Part shown: positions 11,788-20,453 of the stretch, one piece after another
Numbering within the stretch: position 1 is the first letter of the stretch
Layout: each line of letters opens with the position of its first letter
Assembly (NCBI GenBank): GCA_001661245.1
Contig: KV454011.1
Coordinates: 1,266,724-1,330,723, forward strand
DNA: 64,000 bases
Direction: 5' to 3'
Origin: Pachysolen tannophilus NRRL Y-2460
Taxonomy: Eukaryota
Made by a program: the position numbers and the translations under genes
Notes under the pieces: generated by a model
What the model was told of the DNA's origin: nothing
The model's database searches: none
The model's input: only the letters and a program-made list of their open reading frames with translations

Positions 11788-13278
11788 TCATATATCAACA
11801 TTAGCTTCTGATAAAATCTGTGCTAAATTCCCCTGATGATTGTGATGATGATGATGATGATGATGAGAGTTATCAACTGAAGTGGTATCCTGTACTTGAC
11901 TTTCTTCTTGATTTTCTCTTTGAGATTGAGATGGTTGTCTTTGTTGGTGCAGTAATTCCAGTTGATGTTGTTGAAATTGAGTAATTTGTTGTTTTTCTTT
12001 TTTAAAAATTTTAACATAATTCTTGAAAACCTCATTTGAAAATGTAAATTCACTTGAACTTTTCCTATAAAAACTTGTTAATACTTTTATTGCATATTCA
12101 GCTTCTTTTAAAGTAACATTTTCCAACAGCTGTCCCTGTCCCAGCCCGGGTACCAGTCCCAGACTTTGCTGTTGCAGTTGTTGCTGTTGCAGCAGTTGTT
12201 GATGTTGATTAGATAAACTGAAACCTCCAGTGCTTCCAAATGCTTGACTGCTCGTAAAACCACCTGCATTTCCGCTTCCTATTCTCCTGAAAAATGGATC
12301 AACTTGTTGGTCCAATAATAAATCATTATTATTGTTATTATTTGTGGTACTGTTATTATTATTGTTATTGTTATTGTTATTGTTATTGTTATTATTACCA
12401 TTACCGTTACCATTATTTTCTAAATCTTCATCATCACTTTCTTTTTCTAAATTCTCTCTTTCTAAATTCAATTCATCAATTAAATTTTTTTGATGAATAC
12501 CTAATCCATTTCTAATTTTAAATCTATAGATAAAACCTTTTGAAGGACCTTTTTCTATAAATTCATCAGATAAATTATAATATTTCTGGAAACCTCTTGC
12601 TATCTGCTTCCATAATAATACAATAGTTGGTTCATTTATTGGTTGACTATTGTTGATATACTGCCTGACTATTAATTCCAAATTTTCAACAATTAAAGGG
12701 TATTTAAAAGAAGGAACTGTTCTTCTTTGTAATAGTATCAATTGGTTTTGTTGACGTGTATCGTGTTCTTCATTATTATTCTGAATCCTATCGGCATCAT
12801 TATTTCCACTTCCAATACCAATACCACGGCTACCACTACTACTCCCACCACCATTACTATTCTCATTGCTGCTACTGCTGTTATTAGCATTGTTATTGCC
12901 ACCACTTATACTACCATTATTGGTTCCACCAGCACCGCTGCCACTAAGATTCATACCCATACTCATACCAGTACCAGTACCAGTACCAATACCGGTACCA
13001 CCACCAATGGAAACAGCGGTCCTCCCACCAATACCAATACCACTACCACTAGCAATACTTCTTAATTTATCTTCTTTCAACTTCCAATCACTAAGTGTAG
13101 ATACACTTATTTTAAAATTACATTTAATTGCAATAAAATGTTTAACTACTTTAGATAATGAGCAATTATTTACTTTTAAATAATCCAATACAATTAATTT
13201 CTGTTGTAAAGTAGCTCTCTGCTTTGTTGTAGAATTGTGCCTAGCACACAAGTCCCTTATCTGCTGTGATCCACCCAT
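11788..13278 (-). CDS. CENP-B/pogo(Tc5)-type tandem HTH DNA-binding protein with no DDE domain (putative domesticated transposase derivative)
   Basis: HTH1: RATLQQKLIVLDY...ISVSTLSDWKLKEDKL; HTH2 (HTH_Tnp_Tc5-like): FKYPLIVENL...QPINEPTI...PSKGFIYRFKIRNGL; remainder is G/N/Q low complexity. Confidence 0.75.
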   Translation of the reverse strand: MGGSQQIRDLCARHNSTTKQRATLQQKLIVLDYLKVNNCSLSKVVKHFIAIKCNFKISVSTLSDWKLKEDKLRSIASGSGIGIGGRTAVSIGGGTGIGTGTGTGMSMGMNLSGSGAGGTNNGSISGGNNNANNSSSSNENSNGGGSSSGSRGIGIGSGNNDADRIQNNNEEHDTRQQNQLILLQRRTVPSFKYPLIVENLELIVRQYINNSQPINEPTIVLLWKQIARGFQKYYNLSDEFIEKGPSKGFIYRFKIRNGLGIHQKNLIDELNLERENLEKESDDEDLENNGNGNGNNNNNNNNNNNNNNNSTTNNNNNNDLLLDQQVDPFFRRIGSGNAGGFTSSQAFGSTGGFSLSNQHQQLLQQQQLQQQSLGLVPGLGQGQLLENVTLKEAEYAIKVLTSFYRKSSSEFTFSNEVFKNYVKIFKKEKQQITQFQQHQLELLHQQRQPSQSQRENQEESQVQDTTSVDNSHHHHHHHHNHQGNLAQILSEANVDI

Positions 13279-13530
13279 TTCTATTTCAACTTGATCTTAA
13301 TTAAAATTGAATAATTCTTAATTAAAAATGAGAGTATTTTTTATTTATTTTTTACTTTTATTTTTTTGTATATTTTTTTTTAATAATTCATTGAAATTGA
13401 ATAGTTTTCAATTAATTTTAAATTAAAAGTTGGAAAAAATATCTGAGTTTTTTTCGTTCTTGAAGATTATTTCTCTTGTCTTGCTTGTTTTTTTGGTGGA
13501 TTGGAAGAATCATTGGGAATAGTTGAGGAA

Positions 13531-14751
13531 ATGTCTAATATTGGAATGAGTTTTGAAACTGGGTATCCATATCCATCTGATGCATCAGAATCCAGAATAT
13601 GGATTGATGGTTGTTTTGACTTTGCCCACCATGGTCATGCTGGAGCCATGTTACAAGCTAGAAGAATTGGGAAGGAACTTTATGTTGGGGTACATTCTGA
13701 TGAAGAGATATTGGTGAATAAAGGACCAACTGTGATGATGTTAGATGAAAGGTTAGTTGCTGTTGAAGCATGTAAATGGTGTACTAAGCCAATACCAAAT
13801 GCTCCATATGTTACAGATCCAAAAGTAATGGATCGTTATGGTTGTAAATATGTGGTTCATGGTGATGATATTACTACAGATGCTAATGGTGAGGATTGTT
13901 ATAGAGATGTTAAAAATTTAGGTAGATTTATTGTTGTTAAACGTACACCTAATATTTCTACTACTGATCTTGTTGGAAGAATGCTATTAGCACAAAAGAC
14001 TCATCATATTCTTTCAATTAATAATAAAGATTGGGATTCTTATCAATTGGGTAAAAATAATAATGTTAATAAATTGCTTGATAAAGATAGTTCAATTAGA
14101 TTTAAAAATTATGCTTCAGCAAAAGATGGTAAATCATTAAATTCATTAGTATTGATTAATACTTCAGAAAAAAAATTATATGAATATATTAAACCTTCAT
14201 TAGAAGTTTCTAATAGAATTAAAAATGGAGTTTATTTTATAGATGGTGGGTTTGATCTTTTCAATCCTGGACATATTGAAGCATTACGTTTATTAAGAGA
14301 AAAAGCATCAAATTATAATTATAGTGTTATAGTTGGTCTTCATGATGATCTTTGTGTTAATGAAAATAAAGGTTTAAATTACCCAATAATGAATCTTTTA
14401 GAAAGATCACTTTGTGTATTACAATGTAAATATGTTGATGGAATTGTATTAGGGTCACCATATATTCCAGATGAAAATTTTATTAATAATTTAAATAATC
14501 AATTATATGGTGGGAAGATTTTAAAAGTTTTCCATGGTCCAACAAGTGAACTTAATAAAGATAATTTAAACCCATATCACAATATTCGTCATTTATATTC
14601 AAATTTAGGACCTCATAAATATGATAATATTTCTACTGAAGTTATTGTTAGTAGAGTTTTACATAATAGAGAAGCTTATGAAGAAAGACAACGTAAAAAA
14701 GGTTGGAAAAGTGAAATTGAAAGAAAGTTACAAATGGAAGAATCAAATTGA
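13531..14751 (+). CDS. ECT1: Ethanolamine-phosphate cytidylyltransferase
   Basis: WIDGCFDFAHHGHAGA, YVVHGDDITTDANG.DCY, KRT..ISTTDLVGRML; second CT domain DGGFDLFNPGH, NYPIMNLLERSLCVLQC. First ATG 13531. Confidence 0.95.
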   Translation: MSNIGMSFETGYPYPSDASESRIWIDGCFDFAHHGHAGAMLQARRIGKELYVGVHSDEEILVNKGPTVMMLDERLVAVEACKWCTKPIPNAPYVTDPKVMDRYGCKYVVHGDDITTDANGEDCYRDVKNLGRFIVVKRTPNISTTDLVGRMLLAQKTHHILSINNKDWDSYQLGKNNNVNKLLDKDSSIRFKNYASAKDGKSLNSLVLINTSEKKLYEYIKPSLEVSNRIKNGVYFIDGGFDLFNPGHIEALRLLREKASNYNYSVIVGLHDDLCVNENKGLNYPIMNLLERSLCVLQCKYVDGIVLGSPYIPDENFINNLNNQLYGGKILKVFHGPTSELNKDNLNPYHNIRHLYSNLGPHKYDNISTEVIVSRVLHNREAYEERQRKKGWKSEIERKLQMEESN

Positions 14752-14909
14752 ATTGAGTCAGAAGCTAGCTATAGGGGAAAAAGAATTTTTGATGATAAGT
14801 TTAAAAAAGCTTTATTGATAGATAGATAGAATATATATATATATTTGAAAGGAAATAATAAAAATAAAAAAGAGACTCTATCAATTGTTTTTTTTTTTCA
14901 ATTTACTTG

Positions 14910-15677
14910 TTAATTTTCATATACTCCTGTAGTCTGCATTTTATGATAACGATCATTGGCTTTTATATTATCAAACTTGTCCAAGAACCGATCAAATTTG
15001 GTTTGGGTTGCCAGTGGCTGCGGCAGCTTTGGTTGTTTGTAATCATAAGGACTAGTATCAATTGGATGATCCAAATCCAAATCCAGATCCAGATCCAGTT
15101 TCCCCTGATAAGTGTTACTGACAATGTGGTTTTGGTTTTGATGCTGCCGATGCAGTTGTTGTTCTCTTTCAAGAACTTTACGAGCCATGTGCTTATAAAC
15201 AATCACGGCATTTCTTGTAGAACATCCATTTAACCAGCTAAGTAATGATCCAAGAATAGGTGGTAGGGAAATAAGTAAATCAAATATAATGTTTGCTTCC
15301 ATCTTTGCAACATCTTTTGCATTTAAATCAATTCCTTTTGCTATATGGATCAACCTACCATGAATAGCATACATCAACAATGGCCCAATACATGGTATCA
15401 GTGCTAATATTGGTGCTAGACCAATTCCACAACTTACCGGATAACATCCCATAAAACACTTATCATCTAACCATGCTTTCTTTTGAATTCTTTTCCATAA
15501 TTTTTTCTCTTCATTTGTAGCACCTTCTGGCAATTTTCTTCTTTTCTTTGAACCATTAGGTAATTCTTCTTGAAATGGATCTTTTGTTTGAAAATGTTCT
15601 CCAGCATAATCATTCCAATAATCAATTGCTATACTATAACCTGGTAAATTTTCAATTGTACTAGCAAGATTACTCAT
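14910..15677 (-). CDS. DUF4112-family protein (YLR326W-like)
   Basis: AW.LDD...IGLAPILALIPCIGP...KM.ANIIFDLLISLPPILG....NGCSTRNA; located near CWC24/PEX30/RPL38/TMA10 homologues, matching the YLR323C-YLR327C block. Confidence 0.8.
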   Translation of the reverse strand: MSNLASTIENLPGYSIAIDYWNDYAGEHFQTKDPFQEELPNGSKKRRKLPEGATNEEKKLWKRIQKKAWLDDKCFMGCYPVSCGIGLAPILALIPCIGPLLMYAIHGRLIHIAKGIDLNAKDVAKMEANIIFDLLISLPPILGSLLSWLNGCSTRNAVIVYKHMARKVLEREQQLHRQHQNQNHIVSNTYQGKLDLDLDLDLDHPIDTSPYDYKQPKLPQPLATQTKFDRFLDKFDNIKANDRYHKMQTTGVYEN

Positions 15678-16033
15678 TTTTTTTTTCAATTAATTTTTAC
15701 AAAATAAAATAATTTAAATTTCTTATTACTGATAATCAAACCAGATGAAACTATTCTCTTCATCATAAAAGAGTAATTTTTATGATTTTAAACTTAATTG
15801 AAAAGTCTTATTACTATTATTATTATAGTTGTTGTTGTCGTTGTTGTTGGAATTACTTATTTCATGTTTTCAAGTTATTAATTCTCGAGGAAATCCGGTT
15901 ACGTCCGAACCATTTGGAATTGGAAGAGCAAAAAAATGGATTTTTAAAATAACAGCAATGACAACGACAACGTTATAACTATACAACTATACAAGTATAT
16001 AAATATATATATATGTGTGTATGTGTAATTGGA

Positions 16034-17287
16034 TTAGGCAATATCTTCCATTTCAACTTCTTCTTCATCTGGTTGTTCTTCTTCTTCTTGGTCAATTCCT
16101 AATTCACCTAATTTTGCAGCTCTTTCAGCATCTCTTAATTTTTTATATTCAGGTTTTAAACAATATTTTAAAGCATAAGGACCTTTTGTAACTAATGTAG
16201 CAACACTATCTAAACTTTCTTTTAAATAAGTTTCTGGTTGTTTTGTTCTTTCTTTTAAACCTTTCATTGTCCAATAATCATATTCATCAAATAATCTAAA
16301 TAATAAATCCAATAAATCTTTTTTAGGCATTCTAGTTGCTCTACCTTCACCTTTTATCTTATTTTTATCTGTACGTAAAAATTGTGAAATATTTCCTCTT
16401 GTTATAGAAGGACCTGTATTACTTTGAATTAAACCAGGAACTTCATTTAAGAAAGTAACAGTTTGTCTTGGTTTTGGTTTTAAATCCAGTTTTAACATTT
16501 TTAAATATTCTTTATTATTCATTACAGGAACAACTTGACATTCATGACATACTGTTCCAACAAGTGCAGTTTTTTTAGGTATAGTTTTAACATATGGAAT
16601 AAATCTTTTCCTCAGTTCACCACCATCTTTACCATTAAATCTTTGTTCTCTTAATTTTCTAAATCTCATTTGTCTTTGTATTTGTTTTTTATCTAATGGT
16701 TGTAAATGTGGTTGATCAGGAATCTCTGCAACTTCTGTTCTTTCACTTTTAAATTTTTTCAAATTTTGTTCACTAAATACATATTCATTATCAACAATTT
16801 TTTTATTCATTATAATATTATATTCTAATGGTAAATTTTTTGTTTCATCACTTTCATTTAAGACAAGTTTAACTTTTAAAGGATCATTATCTTTTGCATT
16901 TTTAATTCTAACTTTACCTAAATCTTTACCTTGAATTTTAGATGTATCTTTCCATCTTTCTGCTAATCTTCTAGGTAATTTTACTAACCAAACTTTTTGT
17001 TCTCCATTTGATAAATCTAAATCTAATGATTCTGGTTCTTGATCTTCAATTTCATCAACTGTAGGTCCAGTATATTCAACCATCTCACCTTTCCCATTCA
17101 TAGTTAATATTTTACTATTTGTATCTTCTTCTCCATAAAGTTGAGCAAAATCATGATCATTATCATTATTATTTGTAGAAGATTCATTATTATTTCCCGT
17201 ATTATTAATTTTTGATGGAGTTCTAGAAGTTGAAGCAACTGATGAAGTCATAGTTGAATTAAAACTCAGATTAGTTCCACTGCTCAT
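16034..17287 (-). CDS. TFG2: Transcription factor TFIIF middle (beta) subunit
   Basis: LDL....KVWLVKLP, PYVKTIPKKTALVGTVCHECQV.P, GRA.RMPKKDLLDLLFRLFDEYDYW.MKGLKERTKQPE.YLKE.L. Confidence 0.95.
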   Translation of the reverse strand: MSSGTNLSFNSTMTSSVASTSRTPSKINNTGNNNESSTNNNDNDHDFAQLYGEEDTNSKILTMNGKGEMVEYTGPTVDEIEDQEPESLDLDLSNGEQKVWLVKLPRRLAERWKDTSKIQGKDLGKVRIKNAKDNDPLKVKLVLNESDETKNLPLEYNIIMNKKIVDNEYVFSEQNLKKFKSERTEVAEIPDQPHLQPLDKKQIQRQMRFRKLREQRFNGKDGGELRKRFIPYVKTIPKKTALVGTVCHECQVVPVMNNKEYLKMLKLDLKPKPRQTVTFLNEVPGLIQSNTGPSITRGNISQFLRTDKNKIKGEGRATRMPKKDLLDLLFRLFDEYDYWTMKGLKERTKQPETYLKESLDSVATLVTKGPYALKYCLKPEYKKLRDAERAAKLGELGIDQEEEEQPDEEEVEMEDIA

Positions 17288-17493
17288 ATTGATCCTAATT
17301 TGAATTTTAATTTGATTAAATTAAATTAAATTAAATTAAATTAAATTAAATGTTTTATAATTAATTTTTTTTATTTAAATTATTTTGTTTTATCTTGATT
17401 TTTCATTTAATTTTAATTAAATTTTAATTTAATAAATTTTTTTAATAAATAAAAATTCAAAAGATAAAATTTATTAAAAGTTGGATCCGAAGT

Positions 17494-18444
17494 ATGAATT
17501 TTTCTGATTTGATATCTAGAGAGATTGCTAAGAAGAAGAAAGAGAAAGAGAAGTTGATTAGTTCAAATGATGAGAAATGTATTAATAAATCAAAAGTAGA
17601 GAAAAGAAGTTATTCAAAAGCACAAGATGATGATGAAAAGGAAAAAGATGAAGATACCAAGAGAATGAAGATACTTAAGGAATTGAATGAAGCTAAGAGA
17701 AGACAATTACAACAACAAGAAGAAGAACAAAAAAAACAAGAAGAACAAGAACAAAAAGAAAATATGAAAAATTCAATAAATTCATTAAAAAATAAAGAAT
17801 TAATGAATAATTCAATAACAGATGAAGAATTAGCTAATGGATTAAGATCATTTAATGAACCAATAAAATTATTTGGAGAAACAAAAATTGATTGTATCAA
17901 GAGATTAGATAGTTTAATTACTAAAAGAAAATTAATAGAAGAAAGAAAAGAACAATTAAAGAAAGAATTAGAAATAGATTTTAATATAATACCTACAGAT
18001 ATAAGAGATAATAAATCAAAAGTTTCAATACAATTAAGATCTTATATAAAATATCTTTTAAAAGAATGGGAATTATTTATTTCTAAAACAGATATAGAAC
18101 ATCAATCATTACTTGTTGAAACTAAAAAAGATTTAGTACCTTTATTAGTTATGTTAAGAAAGGAAAAAATTGATGATGATATTTTCATTACTCTTTCAAC
18201 AACTTTTCAATATTTACAACAAAAAGATTATCAAAATGCTAATGATTCTTATTTAAAATTAAGTATTGGTAATGTTGCATGGCCAATTGGTGTTATTAAT
18301 ATTGGTATTCATGCTAGATCAGCACATAGTAAATTAACAGGAGCTGATAAGAAATCCAATATAATGAGTGATGAAATTACAAGAAAATGGTTAATGGGAA
18401 TAAAAAGATTAATTACATTTGCTGAAAAGAAATGGCCAAATTAA
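17494..18444 (+). CDS. PRP18: Pre-mRNA splicing factor Prp18
   Basis: LR.FNEPIKLFGE (Prp4-like motif), AND.YLKLSIGNVAWPIGV..IGIHARSAHSK, IM.DE.TRKW...IKRLITF. Confidence 0.95.
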   Translation: MNFSDLISREIAKKKKEKEKLISSNDEKCINKSKVEKRSYSKAQDDDEKEKDEDTKRMKILKELNEAKRRQLQQQEEEQKKQEEQEQKENMKNSINSLKNKELMNNSITDEELANGLRSFNEPIKLFGETKIDCIKRLDSLITKRKLIEERKEQLKKELEIDFNIIPTDIRDNKSKVSIQLRSYIKYLLKEWELFISKTDIEHQSLLVETKKDLVPLLVMLRKEKIDDDIFITLSTTFQYLQQKDYQNANDSYLKLSIGNVAWPIGVINIGIHARSAHSKLTGADKKSNIMSDEITRKWLMGIKRLITFAEKKWPN

Positions 18445-18493
18445 ACAACAAATAAAAAATAAAAAATATGTTTTCTTTTTTTTCTTTTTTGTT

Positions 18494-19345
18494 TCATTGA
18501 TGATTTAATAATTTTTGTAAATCTTTTGCAGGTTTTGATGAACCATCAGTAACTTTACCACATATAAAACATAATTTTTTCCTTTTATGTTGTGATAAAT
18601 AACATGAATGACAAAAATAATGACCACATTTTGTAATAATTGGATTTTTATAATCTTGTTTACATAAAACACATTTAAATGGAATCTTTGTATCATATAA
18701 TAATTTTTTCGTTTTTTCTTGATTTTTACCTTTATCTATTACTACTTCCCAATCTCTATCATTTTTCAAATTCCAACCTTTTTTAAAATCATCTCTTAAA
18801 TGTAAAAATTTACAAGTATCACCATACCCACAATAACCTGTTTGTTTAAAATCTTTACAAACATCTGGTTGAAAATCTATTGTTGTAGTAGATCTAACAT
18901 TAGAACCCGATTTCATTGGACCAATCTTGATATTAAAATCATCTTTTTTCCTAGATTCTATAAAATTTTCATAACTTGATTGTCCTTTATAAATACCTTG
19001 TTCTTGTTCTTGTTCTTGATCTTGTTTTGAAATATTTTTCAAATCTCTTAATTTAGCTTCATCCTCCGCCATTAACCTATCCTGTTCCGTGGCATCATCT
19101 TTCCTCACTATATTAGAATCACCATGATAATCAACCTCCCCTGTTAAATGCTTTATACCATTATTTTCCTTTTCCTTTGTCTTTTTCTTCAATTTTTTAA
19201 ACTCTCTATTATGGATTTCTTTAATAACATTATTGCCATTACTAATTGAACCACTATCGCTATCATCCTCACTATCACTACTTTTATCCAAGGGCTTTGA
19301 TGCTTTATGACTTTGACGACTAGTTATAGTTCTCTTTTTAAACAT
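18494..19345 (-). CDS. CWC24: Pre-mRNA splicing factor Cwc24 (CCCH + RING)
   Basis: DFQPDVCKDFKQTGYCGYGDTCKFLH and IPFKCVLC..YKNPI.TKCGHYFC..C...C.IC. Confidence 0.95.
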   Translation of the reverse strand: MFKKRTITSRQSHKASKPLDKSSDSEDDSDSGSISNGNNVIKEIHNREFKKLKKKTKEKENNGIKHLTGEVDYHGDSNIVRKDDATEQDRLMAEDEAKLRDLKNISKQDQEQEQEQGIYKGQSSYENFIESRKKDDFNIKIGPMKSGSNVRSTTTIDFQPDVCKDFKQTGYCGYGDTCKFLHLRDDFKKGWNLKNDRDWEVVIDKGKNQEKTKKLLYDTKIPFKCVLCKQDYKNPIITKCGHYFCHSCYLSQHKRKKLCFICGKVTDGSSKPAKDLQKLLNHQ

Positions 19346-19635
19346 AAATATATAAATATATTATATTCCTCTGTTCCTTTGTTCTTTTGTTCTTTTGTTC
19401 TTTTGTTCTTTTGTTATTAAATTCAATTTTTTTTTGCTTTGTTTTGAAGGCAAAAAAAAATTAAAAAAAAAAAANTTAAGAAAGTGCGCTAATAAGCTAT
19501 CAAATGCGCAACTAGAAGTGCACTTACAATTACACACTAATCAACCTTTTACGCGTACCGCACTTATCATACATTTGTTTGTAATTAATAGCGCACGCTC
19601 TAGTGTACCACATGTAAGATTTATACATGCGGTAC

Positions 19636-19783
19636 TCTTCCAAAAAGGGAAAAAATAGAGACAGATTAGGGTTTTAAACCCTAATGGATAATCCTAATTT
19701 AGTCGTGTTTAATCCGTTCAAATTGTCCATTTTAGGTAATTTTAATTTTCAAGGAAAAAATTTTTTTTTTTTCCTTGAAAATT
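19636..19783 (+). promoter_or_regulatory. RPL38 promoter module: inverted Tbf1-type pair, CArG (Mcm1-type) box and RRPE-like palindrome
   Basis: TTAGGG-N7-CCCTAA at 19666-19684; CCATTTTAGG at 19727-19736; weaker TTCCAAAAAGGGAA near 19638; 17-bp perfect inverted repeat at 19744-19783. Confidence 0.6.
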
Positions 19784-19911
19784 TTAACAAAGAAAAAAAG
19801 TAAGTAAACTCTGTCTCTCTCTTTATAGTTGTCGTCGTATAATATATATAATTTTTATTAAATATTTCAATTATTTCTATTTGTTTTAATCAATAAATTG
19901 TATATTTAAAA

Positions 19912-20148
19912 ATGGCTAGAGAAATCACTGATATCAAGCAATTCATTGAATTGTCCAGAAGAAGCGACATCAAGACCGCTACCATCAAGACCAATGTAAA
20001 ATTTAACAAAGTTGGTAAGAAATTTACTGAAACAAAGTTTAAAATTAGAGGTTCTAAAAATTTGTATACTTTAGTTGTTAAAGATGTTGCTAAATCAAAG
20101 AAATTACAACAATCATTACCACCAACTTTAACCGTTGAAACTTTATAA
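19912..20148 (+). CDS. RPL38: 60S ribosomal protein eL38
   Basis: [17 protein letters not shown]....[13 protein letters not shown]....K.KKL.QSLPP.L. Confidence 0.97.
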   Translation: MAREITDIKQFIELSRRSDIKTATIKTNVKFNKVGKKFTETKFKIRGSKNLYTLVVKDVAKSKKLQQSLPPTLTVETL

Positions 20149-20453
20149 ATTTGATATTAGATTCAAATAGTTTATAGGAGGATTCGGATTTGGGAAAAGG
20201 TTAAAAAAAGAACAAATTGAAATTTTTTTTTATTTCTTGTTTTTTTTTAGTTTCTTTAATATATGAAGTTTAATAAGCATTATCACTTGGATTTAAATTA
20301 TAAAAATTGTAATGTTAAAAAGTCTTTTTTTAGTTTTTGGTTTCACAAGACAACAATTAATCATTAGTATTGATTGAATTAAAAATAAAAAAAAAAATAA
20401 AAATTTTGTAGAATTTTTTTAAAAACTAAAATTAAATTAAAATTAAAATTAAA

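Noticed and set aside
17316..17350. (TTAAA)n and other microsatellites such as (GTAG)n at ~39808-39843 and (TTTTGTTC)n at ~19378-19415
   Set aside because: Simple slippage repeats, common throughout this window; no spacer structure and no sign of function.
19800..19911. Possible 5'-UTR intron in RPL38 (GTAAGT at 19800)
   Set aside because: No convincing branch point and 3' AG before the ATG.
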